From: a bacterium
GTDB taxonomy: Bacteria > Bacteroidota > Bacteroidia > Bacteroidales > WCHB1-69
Length of the DNA stretch: 64,000 nucleotides
Assembly (NCBI GenBank): GCA_963643165.1
Contig: CAVIJD010000005.1
Coordinates: 11,436 to 75,435 of the forward strand
Reading direction: 5' to 3'
The notes under the pieces were generated by a model. The model made no database searches. It was not told where the DNA came from and saw only the letters and a program-made list of their open reading frames with translations. Below are positions 38,344 through 48,239 of the stretch, in pieces; position 1 is the first letter of the stretch, and each line of letters begins with the position of its first letter. The position numbers were made by a program, and so were the translations under genes.

Positions 38344-40524
38344 TTAGAGATTATTCAAGATGTATTTGGCCAGTTTCTTGTAGAGGTAGGCGCGGGTGTT
38401 GCCGCCCATGATGAAATGGTTCTTGTTGGGGAAGAAGAACTGGTCGTACTCGACTTCGGCCTCATTGAGGGCTTTCACCAGTTCCATGGCGTTTTGGAAG
38501 TGTACGTTGTCATCGGCGGTGCCGTGGATGAGCAGGTACTTGCCTTGCAGTTTGCTGGCGTAGGTGGTCGGGGAGTTGAGGTCGTAGCCGTCGGGGTTCT
38601 CCTGCGGGGTTCTCATGAAGCGTTCGGTGTAGATGTTGTCATAGTAGCGCCAGTTGGTGACGGGAGCCACGGAGATGGCCATCTTGAAGGCGCCGTCGCC
38701 CCGGAACAGGGAGAGGGCGGAGAGGTAGCCGCCGAAACTCCAGCCCCAGATGCCGATGCGGCTGCCATCCACATAGGGGAGGGTCTTGAGCCAGTTGGCG
38801 GCGGCAATCTGGTCGATGGCTTCGTACTTGCCCATCTGCTGGTATATCACTTTCTTGAAGGCGTCGCCACGGGTGGCAGTGCCGCGGCCATCGACGCATA
38901 CGGAGATGTAGCCCTGCTGGGCAAGCATCTGATAGAAAGCGAGATCCTGCGCACCCGAGTAGGCGTTCATCACTTGCTGACTGCCGGGACCGCCATAGCA
39001 GTTCATCATGACCGGGTATTTCTTGGACGGGTCAAAGTCGATGGGCTTCAGCATCCAGCCGTACAGCTCTACGCCGTCGGCCGTGGTGAAACGGATGATC
39101 TCGCGCTTGGCGAAGCCGTAGTCGTCCATGGTCTTCTGCACGCCATGGTTGTCGTTGAGCACACGCAACTCTTTGCCGGCGGCGTTGCGGATGGAGTATT
39201 GCGGCAGCACGTTGAGCGAGGAATAGACGTTGCGGTAGAAATGGCCGTTAGGACTGAAGTCGGTGCTGTTCCAGCCGTCGCCGCTGCTGAGCATCTTTTT
39301 CTTCTTGCCCTCAAAGTTGATGAGGTAGAGGTCCCGGTTCAACACGTGGCTCTCGTTGGAGAGATAGTAGATCTGCTGCTTGTCTTCGTTGACGTATTGG
39401 ATCTCGTTCACTTCCCAGTTGCCGGAGGTCAACTGTTTGATTTCGCCGCCGAAGGTTACTTTGTAGATGTGGTTGAATCCGTCCCTCTCAGAGGTGACAA
39501 TCATCGTCTTGCTGTCTTTGAGGAAATAATAGTTGTCGGTGACGTCGAGCCACTTTTCGTTCTGGTCGGTATAGATGATGTCTTGCGTGCCCGTGAGGGT
39601 GTTGTAGCGGATGAAGTCGAGGCGGTTTTGGTGGCGGTTGAGTTTGAGGATCACGGCGTCACGGCTGTTGGGGAGCCAATAGACGCGCGGGAAGTAGCAG
39701 TTGCTGTTGTCGCCGAGGTCTATTTTGGTAAGCTTGCCGCTGTTGAGGTCATAGACAAAGACATCTACCAGCGAGTTGTCTTCGCCGGCTTTCGGGTATT
39801 TGTATTTGAAGTCGGTGGGGTAGAGACTGTCGTAGAGGGCGAAGTTGTACTCTTTGACGCGGCGTTCGTCGAAACGGAGGAACGCGAACTTGGTTCCGTC
39901 GGGCGACCACGAGGCGGCCTGCGACATGTCGAGTTCTTCTTCATACACCCAGTCGGCATAGCCGTTGAGGATGGCGTTCTCCTGCCCGTCGCGGGTGATG
40001 CGGGTGACTGCGCCTGTGGCCATGTCCTGCACGTAGAGGTTGCACCCCTTGGCAAAAAGCGCGTGCCGGCCGTCTTCCGAAAGTTCGGCAAAGTGCAGTT
40101 TCTCGGTTGTGTCCGACACCATCGTCAGCGTTTTCTTTTCCAGGTCATAGACGTAATAGTAGGCGAGGGTGGAGCGCCGCCAGATGCTTTCCATATCCAC
40201 GGCTATCATCATCCTCTTCTCGTCGTTGGAGAAGGTATAGTCGCTGAGGTTGCCCATCGTCACGCGACCGTCACTGAGGCTTTTCAACTCTTCGTTGCTG
40301 ACTATCGTGCCGATGCGGTCGCCGCTGCTGAAACTGTAACGGTCGATGCCGCCGCGCTTCACTACGGTGTAGTCGTCACTGACGGGCATGGCGGTGTAGC
40401 CCGCGACCCCGCGGGGATAGAAAGCGTAAAGGTTCCAGATTTCGTCGATTGTGATTTTCTTGTTTTGTGCCAGACAGCAGAACGCTGAAGTACACAGCAG
40501 AATAAAAAGCAGATGTTTCTTCAT
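38344..40524 (-). CDS. S9-family dipeptidyl peptidase IV
   Basis: 726 aa with a signal peptide, an N-terminal beta-propeller region and catalytic GIWGWSFGGYLS. A -7 box (+ strand caaaagta) lies upstream near 40547. Confidence 0.88.
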   Translation of the reverse strand: MKKHLLFILLCTSAFCCLAQNKKITIDEIWNLYAFYPRGVAGYTAMPVSDDYTVVKRGGIDRYSFSSGDRIGTIVSNEELKSLSDGRVTMGNLSDYTFSNDEKRMMIAVDMESIWRRSTLAYYYVYDLEKKTLTMVSDTTEKLHFAELSEDGRHALFAKGCNLYVQDMATGAVTRITRDGQENAILNGYADWVYEEELDMSQAASWSPDGTKFAFLRFDERRVKEYNFALYDSLYPTDFKYKYPKAGEDNSLVDVFVYDLNSGKLTKIDLGDNSNCYFPRVYWLPNSRDAVILKLNRHQNRLDFIRYNTLTGTQDIIYTDQNEKWLDVTDNYYFLKDSKTMIVTSERDGFNHIYKVTFGGEIKQLTSGNWEVNEIQYVNEDKQQIYYLSNESHVLNRDLYLINFEGKKKKMLSSGDGWNSTDFSPNGHFYRNVYSSLNVLPQYSIRNAAGKELRVLNDNHGVQKTMDDYGFAKREIIRFTTADGVELYGWMLKPIDFDPSKKYPVMMNCYGGPGSQQVMNAYSGAQDLAFYQMLAQQGYISVCVDGRGTATRGDAFKKVIYQQMGKYEAIDQIAAANWLKTLPYVDGSRIGIWGWSFGGYLSALSLFRGDGAFKMAISVAPVTNWRYYDNIYTERFMRTPQENPDGYDLNSPTTYASKLQGKYLLIHGTADDNVHFQNAMELVKALNEAEVEYDQFFFPNKNHFIMGGNTRAYLYKKLAKYILNNL

Positions 40525-40685
40525 TTACTCGTTGATTTTAGAGCCGCAAAAGTACTAAAAAAATAGTGAAGCGTATCTTGTGGCAAAAGAGCGTGGCAAA
40601 ATCGGCTGTCACGCTCCGGGGCGGTTTGCCTCTTTTTTGTATATTTGCCGCCGTTTTATTATAATATGTTTAAAAACAATAGACT

Positions 40686-41987
40686 ATGAAACTTGATTGT
40701 CAGAATGTACAGTTTGCCGTCTCTCAGGCAACGATGAATGAAAACGCTCCCCAAGCGGTGGCTGCTTACCAAACGACCGTCGGCAAAACCGGACGAGGCA
40801 ATGATTTTCTCGGCTGGCTCGACCTGCCCGTCACGGTGTCAGACCAAGAGTTGGAAACCATCGAGAACTGTGCGCGTTCTCTTTCGGCCATAGCACAGAC
40901 GGTGGTGGTTGTCGGCATCGGCGGCTCCTATCTGGGCGCGCGTGCCGTCATCGAGGCCCTGCAACACAGCTTCAGGCCTATGGTGGAAGAGAAAACGCCG
41001 CTTATACTGTATGCCGGCAACAATATGAGCGAAGACTATCTCCACGATCTGCTGGATGTGCTGGAGAACCGCGACTATGCGCTGGTGGTCATTTCCAAGT
41101 CGGGCACCACGACTGAACCGGCCATCGCCTTCCGCATCCTCAAGGAGCATTGCGAGCGCAAATACGGCAAGGAGGATGCCCGCCGCCGCATCGTGGCCAT
41201 CACCGACCGGGCCCGCGGCGCCCTCAAGTCCATCGCTGACCAAGAGGGCTATGCACAGTTCGTCATCCCCGACAATGTGGGCGGCCGCTATTCTGTGCTC
41301 ACGCCCGTAGGACTGCTCCCCATAGCCATAGCCGGCTTTTCAATACGTAAACTTATGCAAGGCGCGGCTGAAATGAGACAGCAACTGTTGGCCGAGACCA
41401 GCATTGACCGGAATCCCGCCATGCAGTATGCCCTGCTCCGTAACCTGCTCTATGATGCCGGCTACAAGATTGAACTGATGACCTCCTTTGAGCCTAAATT
41501 GTACTATTTTATCGAATGGTTCAAACAACTCTTCGGCGAGAGCGAGGGCAAAGAACAGAAAGGCATATTCCCCGCCGGGGCCGTGTTCTCCACCGACCTC
41601 CATTCGTTGGGACAATATATCCAAGAGGGTACACGACAACTGTTTGAAACCATCCTTACTGTCGAAAAGCCACAGCAGGAGGTGCCCATACCGTATGACC
41701 CACAAGACATTGACGGTCTCAACTACCTGCAGCACCGTTCTGTACACGAAATCTGCCACATTGCCCAGAAAGGCACGGCACAGGCACACCTCGACGGCAA
41801 AACGCCCAACCTCTCCATCACCGTGCCGGAAATCAGCGAGCACACGCTGGGCGAGCTGATCTTTTTCTTCGAGTTCAGCTGCGCCGTCAGCGGCTATATG
41901 CTCGATGTCAACCCCTTTGACCAGCCGGGCGTGGAGGCCTACAAGCACAACATGTTCGTGCTCCTTGGCAAACCGGGCGTGAAATAA
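40686..41987 (+). CDS. pgi: glucose-6-phosphate isomerase
   Basis: GNDFLGWLDLP, VVVGIGGSYLGARAV, ISKSGTTTEP. A TAtaTTTG box sits at 40640..40647. Confidence 0.92.
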   Translation: MKLDCQNVQFAVSQATMNENAPQAVAAYQTTVGKTGRGNDFLGWLDLPVTVSDQELETIENCARSLSAIAQTVVVVGIGGSYLGARAVIEALQHSFRPMVEEKTPLILYAGNNMSEDYLHDLLDVLENRDYALVVISKSGTTTEPAIAFRILKEHCERKYGKEDARRRIVAITDRARGALKSIADQEGYAQFVIPDNVGGRYSVLTPVGLLPIAIAGFSIRKLMQGAAEMRQQLLAETSIDRNPAMQYALLRNLLYDAGYKIELMTSFEPKLYYFIEWFKQLFGESEGKEQKGIFPAGAVFSTDLHSLGQYIQEGTRQLFETILTVEKPQQEVPIPYDPQDIDGLNYLQHRSVHEICHIAQKGTAQAHLDGKTPNLSITVPEISEHTLGELIFFFEFSCAVSGYMLDVNPFDQPGVEAYKHNMFVLLGKPGVK

Positions 41988-42025
41988 AACTGAACCTATT
42001 TTTATTATTGTAACAGACAGACTTG

Positions 42026-43495
42026 ATGCACACGTTCATCTTCGTTTTTTTCGTCCTTTACGTCATACTGCTTTTTATTATCACCGGCATCACCTCGCGC
42101 AAGGCCGACAACAGCACTTACTTCACGGGCAACCGCAAGTCACCGTGGTTTGTGGTGGCTTACGGCATGATCGGGAGTTCGCTCTCCGGCGTCACGTTCA
42201 TGTCGGTGCCCGGTGATGTATATACCACGCAGTTCACCTACCTCGGGGTCGTCATCGGCTATATACTGGGCTATATCCTCATCGCCCAGATGCTGTTGCC
42301 GCTCTATTACCGCACTAACGTCACCTCCATATACGAGTACCTCGGACAGCGCATAGGCAACGAGGCGCACAAAACCGGCTCTGTGCTCTTTTTTATATCG
42401 CGGCTGTTAGGTTCTGCGCTTCGTATGTATTTGGTAATCTTTGTGTTGCAGGTTTTTGTGTTTGACGGGTGGAATATCCCGATCTGGCTCACGTCTGTCG
42501 TCATGATTGTCATCATCCTGCTCTATACTTTCCGGGCCGGGCTCAAGACTGTAGTGTGGACTGACTTGTTGCAGACTACCTTCCTCATCGCGGCGTTGGT
42601 GATAACAATCGTATTCCTGCTCAATCACATGGGCGGATCGTTCGCAGACATCTGGCAGCAGATGGCCACCGCCGGCAAGGGGGGCGCCGATTGCCGCACC
42701 GTCTTCAACACTGACTGGCGCAACAACAGCTATTTCCTCAAACAGATCTTCGGCGGCATGTTCATAACTATAGCCATGACGGGGCTCGACCAGGACATGA
42801 TGCAGAAGAACCTGTCGTGCAAGACCCTGAAAGACGCGCAGCGCAACATGTTTTCCTTTACCTCTATCTTGGTGGTAGTCAATATCTTGTTCTTAGTGTT
42901 AGGCGGTATGTTGCTCGTGTTTGCGCAGAGCCAGGGCATCGACATCGCCTCCATGCCCACCGACCGCATCTATCCCGAGATCGCTTTCAACTATCTGGGC
43001 AAAGCGGGAGCATTAGTCTTCATCTTCGGGCTAATCTCGGCGGGCTTCTCTTCAGCCGACGGCACCTTCACCGCCCTTACCACCACTGTATGTTACGACA
43101 TCCTGAAAATCGAGAAACGTTATCCTGACGCGCACCGGCAGACGGTGGTGCGCCGCGTGGTGCATTTGGTCATCTCCGCGCTCTTCTTGGGGGTCATCAT
43201 CATCGCCTCGAGCCATCACAACGATGCCTTGATTCGCATCATCTTCATGGTGGCGTCATACACCTATGGCCCGTTGCTCGGTCTCTTTGCATTTGGCATC
43301 TTCACCAAGCGTGAGATTCCGCAGAAACGGCGTTTCATGGTCCCCGTGATTTCCGTGGCGGTGCCGGTACTATGTTATATATTGTCAAAAAACTCCGTCA
43401 ACTGGCTGTGCGGGTATAAGTTCGGCTACGAGTTGCTCATTGTGAACGGCCTTCTTGTCTTCGTGTCCCTGTTGGCGGTCAGCAAGAAAAGATAG
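42026..43495 (+). CDS. sodium:solute symporter family transporter
   Basis: About 13 hydrophobic segments; YFTGNRKSPWFVVAYGMIGSSLSGVTFMSVPG. Start at the ATG at 42026; the track start at 42023 is a TTG. Confidence 0.8.
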   Translation: MHTFIFVFFVLYVILLFIITGITSRKADNSTYFTGNRKSPWFVVAYGMIGSSLSGVTFMSVPGDVYTTQFTYLGVVIGYILGYILIAQMLLPLYYRTNVTSIYEYLGQRIGNEAHKTGSVLFFISRLLGSALRMYLVIFVLQVFVFDGWNIPIWLTSVVMIVIILLYTFRAGLKTVVWTDLLQTTFLIAALVITIVFLLNHMGGSFADIWQQMATAGKGGADCRTVFNTDWRNNSYFLKQIFGGMFITIAMTGLDQDMMQKNLSCKTLKDAQRNMFSFTSILVVVNILFLVLGGMLLVFAQSQGIDIASMPTDRIYPEIAFNYLGKAGALVFIFGLISAGFSSADGTFTALTTTVCYDILKIEKRYPDAHRQTVVRRVVHLVISALFLGVIIIASSHHNDALIRIIFMVASYTYGPLLGLFAFGIFTKREIPQKRRFMVPVISVAVPVLCYILSKNSVNWLCGYKFGYELLIVNGLLVFVSLLAVSKKR

Positions 43496-43629
43496 TCCGC
43501 GGCGCACGAGGGCACCTTGTGTTCGCCGCTTTGCTGACATTTGGCAAAGCCGAAAACTAAAAAACCTTATTCGTCTTCGGGACATTGAGAAGCAAGCATG
43601 ATGGCTTTGCGGTTGTTTTTATCCAGTCC

Positions 43630-44253
43630 TCAAACCCCAAGCACCCTGACGTCGCCTTTGCCCTCGCGCACGACTACGATGCTGTCGCCCGTGCAGTCGA
43701 TGACGGTGGAGGGCACGTTGCCGCCAAAACCGCCGTCAATGACGATGTCAACCATCTTCTCGTAACGCTCGTGGATGAGCTCGGGGTCGGTGGTGTATTC
43801 GATGATCTCGTCGTCGTCTTTGATGGAGGCTGACAAGATGGGATGCCCCAACTGCCGCACTATTTCCAGTATGATGTTGTTGTCGGGCACGCGCACACCT
43901 ACGGTCTTTTTGTTGCTCTGCAGCAACTTGGGCACGTTGTTGTTGGCCTCCAAGATGAAGGTGTAAGGTCCGGGCAACGCCTTTTTCATCGTCTTGAACA
44001 AGGTGTTAGAGATGGGCTTGGCAAAGTCGGAAAGATGACTCAGGTCGGAGCAGATGAAGGTCATGGAGCTCTTTTTCTTCTTGTCCCCTAACAATTCCGC
44101 GATTCTCTCTACGCTCTTCTGCTTGAAGATGTCACACCCGATGCCGTAGATGGTGTCGGTAGGGTAAATGACGATGCCCCCGTCGCGCAAACATTGCACT
44201 ACTTTGTCGATGAAACGCTGGTTCGGATTCTCAGGATATATTTTAAGTATCAT
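43630..44253 (-). CDS. tsaC: L-threonylcarbamoyladenylate synthase (YrdC/Sua5 family)
   Basis: GGIVIYPTDTIYGIGCD, PGPYTFIL, VGVRVPDN. Confidence 0.85.
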   Translation of the reverse strand: MILKIYPENPNQRFIDKVVQCLRDGGIVIYPTDTIYGIGCDIFKQKSVERIAELLGDKKKKSSMTFICSDLSHLSDFAKPISNTLFKTMKKALPGPYTFILEANNNVPKLLQSNKKTVGVRVPDNNIILEIVRQLGHPILSASIKDDDEIIEYTTDPELIHERYEKMVDIVIDGGFGGNVPSTVIDCTGDSIVVVREGKGDVRVLGV

Positions 44254-44280
44254 AGTTACAATAAAAGGGCAAATAAAAAA

Positions 44281-44378
44281 GGGTAAGCTACTTGTATCGC
44301 ATCGCTACAACCTACATGCCCTTGCTGTATTCCTACCCTGGGGGAGTTAGTAGGGAGCAGATCGTACAAGACTTACCC
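44281..44378 (-). ncRNA. ffs: signal recognition particle RNA (small bacterial 4.5S type)
   Basis: A 98-nt long hairpin (GGGUAAG...CUUACCC closing stem). The minus strand carries the domain IV core CAGG-GUA-GGAA-UAC-AGCA. That is a GGAA tetraloop closed by GUA/UAC, compensatory relative to E. coli UCC/GGA, flanked by the conserved CAGG and AGCA loop strands. A U-run follows the hairpin and a -7 box precedes it. Confidence 0.7.
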
Positions 44379-44383
44379 GGCCG

Positions 44384-44391
44384 CAAAAGTA
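44384..44391 (-). promoter_or_regulatory. -7 box (TActTTTG on minus strand) for the SRP RNA gene
   Basis: + strand caaaagta. Its last G lies 6 nt upstream of the predicted RNA 5' end at 44378. Confidence 0.5.
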
Positions 44392-44412
44392 TAAAAAAAA
44401 GCGAACGGTTCG

Positions 44413-45828
44413 TCAGTATCCCAAAATTTTAAGCATCGACTTGTAACTCTGTTCTTTAGCGAACAGTTTGGTGCATATTTCACCGTCTTCGTCACGATAA
44501 ATGATGATGTGTTTGGGAGCGGGAGTCATGCAATGTTGTATTCCGCCGTAGCCTCCGAGCGCCTCCTGGTAAGCGCCGGTGTTGAAGAGCCCGATGTACT
44601 GGATTTCGTCGGTGTCTTCGTACGGATACTCCTCCGACACGATGCGGGGCAGGAAGACGGCGTTGAGGTGCGCCTCGGAGTTGTAGTAGTCGTGACTGTC
44701 GCAGGTGAGGCCGCCCAAGAAGACACGTTCGTACTCGCGGTCCCAATGGTTGATGGCCAGTATGATGAACTGCTGGTTGATGGCCCACGAGTCGGGCAGG
44801 GTGGTCATGAAGGAACTGTCAATCATGTTCCACAACTCGCGGTCGTTCTGCCGTTTCTGCTGCAGCACGGAGAAGAGCACGCCGCTTGCCTCGCCGACGG
44901 TGAAGGAACCGAACTCGGTGAAGATGTCCGGCTCTTCTACGCCCTCGCGGTTGCAGATCTGCTTGATCTGCGACACAATCTCTTCGGCCATGTACTCATA
45001 GTCGTACTCGAACGACAGACTGTTTTTGATGGGGAAGCCGCCGCCGATGTTGAGCGAGTCGAGTTCGGGCGAGATTTTCTTGAGGTCACAGTACAGGTTC
45101 ACGCACTTGGTGAGCTCGTTCCAATAGTAGGCGGTGTCGTTGATGCCCGTGTTGATGAAGAAATGCAGCATCTTGAGCTCGAACTTGGGGTTGTTCTTTA
45201 TCTTTTCCTGATAGAAGGGCAATATGTCGTTGTAGCGGATGCCGAGCCGCGAGGTGTAGAACTCAAACCGAGGCTCCTCCTCGGCGGCAATCCGTATCCC
45301 GATGTTGCATTTGGTCTGGATGTTCTTGTCTAATAAGTCGAACTCTTTCTTGCTGTCCAAAACGGGTATGGTGTTCACAAATCCTTTCTCTAACATCGAC
45401 GAGATGTTGTCAATGTAGGGCTGACGCTTGAATCCGTTGCAGATGATGTAGTTGTCTTTCTGAAACTGACCGCTGTCGTGCAAGGTCTCGATCAGGTTCA
45501 GGTCGAAGGCCGATGAGGTCTCTAAATGCACGTCGTTTTTCAATACTTCGGAAAGCACAAACTCGAAATGCGAACTCTTGGTGCAATAACAGTAATGGTA
45601 ACTGCCTTTGTAGTCGGACTTCGCGATGGCGACATTGAACCACCTTTTCGCTTTCTGTATGTTCTGCGATATCTTGGGCAAATAGGTGATCTTGAGCGGC
45701 GTGCCGTATTGCTTGATGATGTCCATGAGGGGCACGTCGTTGAAAAGCAATTCGTTGTCTTCAACGTTGAACTCTTCCTGCGGAAATTCGTAGGTTTGCG
45801 AGATGAGGTCGATGTACTTGGTTTTCAT
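44413..45828 (-). CDS. type III PLP-dependent decarboxylase, short Bacteroidota arginine decarboxylase type
   Basis: MKTKYIDLISQTYEFPQEEF...YGTPLKITYLP...YCYCTKSSHF...LNIGGGFP. Start at 45828, with a -7 box (+ strand caaaaata) just upstream. The 57 extra codons of the track ORF are rejected. Confidence 0.75.
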   Translation of the reverse strand: MKTKYIDLISQTYEFPQEEFNVEDNELLFNDVPLMDIIKQYGTPLKITYLPKISQNIQKAKRWFNVAIAKSDYKGSYHYCYCTKSSHFEFVLSEVLKNDVHLETSSAFDLNLIETLHDSGQFQKDNYIICNGFKRQPYIDNISSMLEKGFVNTIPVLDSKKEFDLLDKNIQTKCNIGIRIAAEEEPRFEFYTSRLGIRYNDILPFYQEKIKNNPKFELKMLHFFINTGINDTAYYWNELTKCVNLYCDLKKISPELDSLNIGGGFPIKNSLSFEYDYEYMAEEIVSQIKQICNREGVEEPDIFTEFGSFTVGEASGVLFSVLQQKRQNDRELWNMIDSSFMTTLPDSWAINQQFIILAINHWDREYERVFLGGLTCDSHDYYNSEAHLNAVFLPRIVSEEYPYEDTDEIQYIGLFNTGAYQEALGGYGGIQHCMTPAPKHIIIYRDEDGEICTKLFAKEQSYKSMLKILGY

Positions 45829-46093
45829 TTTTGAATCCGACTGATTTAAATTGGCTGCAAAAATAGAAAAAAATGAACTCGAATTGTTTTTTGCCCGACA
45901 ATCCGAGTCGCCCGGATTTTGTTTGTGGTGAAGATAAATGTGCTCCAAATGTCTGTTTTCTGTCTTTTGAGGGTTTGATTCTCCTTTCTTTTCTGTCAAT
46001 TTCGCTCCATTTGAATTGCAACAAACACATTTATGCTATTTTTTGTATTTTTGCCGTCTCTCTGAAAAAAATTAATTTTGTTTAACTTGCTTT

Positions 46094-46939
46094 ATGACAA
46101 TACCAGATAAAAACTATTTCCCGTTTCTCGCCGGTGAGGAGGCTATGCATGATTTGACCCTCCGCATCAGAGATGTTATGATGCGATATGTCGAGAATAG
46201 TCACCTGAAGTCGCTTGTTTTGGGCATCTCGGGCGGCATCGACAGCGCTTTGTGTGCCGCACTGCTGAAGCCCGTCTGCGAAGATCTCCACATTCCGCTC
46301 ATAGGCCGCTCTATCACGATCGAGACGAATCACGACGATGAAATTGCCCGCTCTATCGCGGTGGGCGAGGCTTTCTGCCACGATTTTCAGCACCTTGACT
46401 TGACAGATGCCTATTTCGAGAACCGCAAACTGCTGGTGAACCTCGATGACACACACCTTTCAAAGATGCGCCAAGGCAACATGAAAGCCCGCATGCGTAT
46501 GTTGGTGCTGTTTGACCTGGCCCAGCTGCACCACGGCATGGTGGTCTCTACCGACAATTACACGGAATACTTGACGGGCTTCTGGACGCTGCACGGCGAT
46601 GTGGGCGACTACGCGCCAATCCAACACCTCTGGAAGACGGAGGTCTATGCACTTTCCACATTCCTGCTTGGTGAGGAGAACGAACAACAACGCCGCGCCC
46701 TGCAGTCGTGCATCGATGCGACTCCCGTGGATGGACTCGGCATCAGCAAAAGCGACTGCGACCAGTTGGGCGTGCCTAATTATTTTGAGGCAGACCGCAT
46801 CTTCGCAAGATTCTTCAGCGGAGACAACTCCTTGTGCGACCATACGCTCATCAAACGCTATTTTGCCTCAGAATACAAACGGCACAATCCCGCCAACATT
46901 TCACGTTCCGTGCTCATTGGCGATGAACAAAACCAATAA
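46094..46939 (+). CDS. nadE: ammonia-dependent NAD+ synthetase
   Basis: LVLGISGGIDSA (PP-loop). A TAttTTTG box sits at 46046..46053. Confidence 0.88.
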   Translation: MTIPDKNYFPFLAGEEAMHDLTLRIRDVMMRYVENSHLKSLVLGISGGIDSALCAALLKPVCEDLHIPLIGRSITIETNHDDEIARSIAVGEAFCHDFQHLDLTDAYFENRKLLVNLDDTHLSKMRQGNMKARMRMLVLFDLAQLHHGMVVSTDNYTEYLTGFWTLHGDVGDYAPIQHLWKTEVYALSTFLLGEENEQQRRALQSCIDATPVDGLGISKSDCDQLGVPNYFEADRIFARFFSGDNSLCDHTLIKRYFASEYKRHNPANISRSVLIGDEQNQ

Positions 46940-46949
46940 TTCCACAACG

Positions 46950-47789
46950 ATGTCTTCCACATTGATTATTGATGCCGGTGCCACGAAGACTGCTTTCGCA
47001 CTGGTTGAAGACCGTTCAGTTGTCTGCACGTACAAGGGCGCGGGCATCAATCCTAACTATTGCTCCGATGATGCGATAAACAAGGTTCTGTCCTCTTTTA
47101 TGACACAGAACAAGGTGTCGCACGTGTCGCATGTTCACTATTACGGAGCGGGATGTGCCTCGGCGGAGAATGCCGGCCGGATAGGCTGCCTGCTGCAAGA
47201 CTTTTATCCCGATGCCGTCGTTTCCGTTTGTTCAGACCTGATGGCAGTTTGCCGCGCGTTGAGCAACAACAAGTCTTCTATTGTGGCCATATTGGGCACG
47301 GGCGCCGCCACTTGCCAGTTTGACGGCCGTTCGGTCGTGGCGCGTGCCCCCTCCTTGGGCTATATGCTCGGCGATGAGGGCAGCGGAACCTATCTGGGCA
47401 AGCAACTTGTGACGGCTTTCATGCGGAATGAACTCCCCGCAAGCCTTTCCGCCGAACTGCGCAAACAATACAACCTCTCATTCGACAAGGCTATCCGGCG
47501 CATCTACAGTGAGCCGTCGCCTAACCTTTTCTTTTCCTCTTTGGCACCGTTTGTCTCCCAACATCTCGACGACCCGTTTGTGCTACAGATGGCTACGGAG
47601 AGCTTCCGCCGGTTCTTCGCAGTGCAGAAAGTCTGCTACGAAGAGAGCGAAACACTGCCCTGGATGCTCTCGGGGGCGGTGGCTTTCAACTTCCGGGAGG
47701 TGGTGCAAGCGGCTGCCGCCGAAGAGAATTGCCACGTCCAGACGATCGTAGAGTCGCCGATGGAGTCGCTGGTGAGGTATCATTTTTAA
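46950..47789 (+). CDS. BadF/BadG/BcrA/BcrD-type ATPase (N-acetylglucosamine kinase-like)
   Basis: MSSTLIIDAGATKTAFALV..., YGAGC, ILGTGAA, GYMLGDEGSG. The track ORF start at 46599 lies inside nadE. Confidence 0.75.
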   Translation: MSSTLIIDAGATKTAFALVEDRSVVCTYKGAGINPNYCSDDAINKVLSSFMTQNKVSHVSHVHYYGAGCASAENAGRIGCLLQDFYPDAVVSVCSDLMAVCRALSNNKSSIVAILGTGAATCQFDGRSVVARAPSLGYMLGDEGSGTYLGKQLVTAFMRNELPASLSAELRKQYNLSFDKAIRRIYSEPSPNLFFSSLAPFVSQHLDDPFVLQMATESFRRFFAVQKVCYEESETLPWMLSGAVAFNFREVVQAAAAEENCHVQTIVESPMESLVRYHF

Positions 47790-47809
47790 CTATTAGGTCC
47801 TGAAAAATT

Positions 47810-48217
47810 ATGCAGAGTATTATCGCTGATGAAAAAGAGTTGAAACAGGTGGCGAAGGCCATTCTTGAAGCCTATCCGCAAGAGCGTGTTTTCGGCTTTT
47901 ACGGTGAGATGGGGGCGGGTAAAACTACGCTCATCAAGGAGATGTGCGCCCACCTGGGGGTTGACGGCATGACCTCGTCACCCACGTTCGCAATCGTGAA
48001 TGAGTATTGGACACTGACGGAGCCTGTGTATCATTTTGACTTTTACCGGATTGACGGTCCGGAGGATGCGGTCCGCATTGGTTTTGAGGAGTACATCTAC
48101 AGCGGCAATTATTGTTTCATCGAGTGGACAGAGAAAGTGCAGCCGCTGCTGCCCGACGAGTATGTGCGGGTTACGATTGAACGGGTGGATGAAACAAAAC
48201 GGAGGTTCAGTTTCTGA
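47810..48217 (+). CDS. tsaE: tRNA t6A37 biosynthesis ATPase TsaE
   Basis: FYGEMGAGKTTLIK, SPTFAIVNEY, HFDFYR. Confidence 0.9.
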   Translation: MQSIIADEKELKQVAKAILEAYPQERVFGFYGEMGAGKTTLIKEMCAHLGVDGMTSSPTFAIVNEYWTLTEPVYHFDFYRIDGPEDAVRIGFEEYIYSGNYCFIEWTEKVQPLLPDEYVRVTIERVDETKRRFSF

Positions 48218-48239
48218 AAAATGTAATAATTCGACATCT

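Noticed and set aside
38335-40488. A 717-aa ORF on the + strand. Similar long + or - strand ORFs include 59596..61263, 52014..53426, 54061..55422, 50241..51269, 35908..36747 and 4568..5539.
   Set aside because: All lie antisense to genes with unmistakable family motifs (DPP-IV, EttA, debranching enzyme, Hdr-like, GT4, and so on). Their Val/Gly/Ala/Asp/His-rich composition has no motifs. They are shadow ORFs typical of GC-rich coding DNA.
44281-44378. The long hairpin read as a + strand RNA, or merely as the terminator of the arginine decarboxylase gene.
   Set aside because: On the + strand the apical region gives no GNRA tetraloop or AGCA motif. On the minus strand it gives the SRP domain IV core with a -7 box upstream and a U-run downstream. 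The hairpin may incidentally also terminate the upstream transcript.
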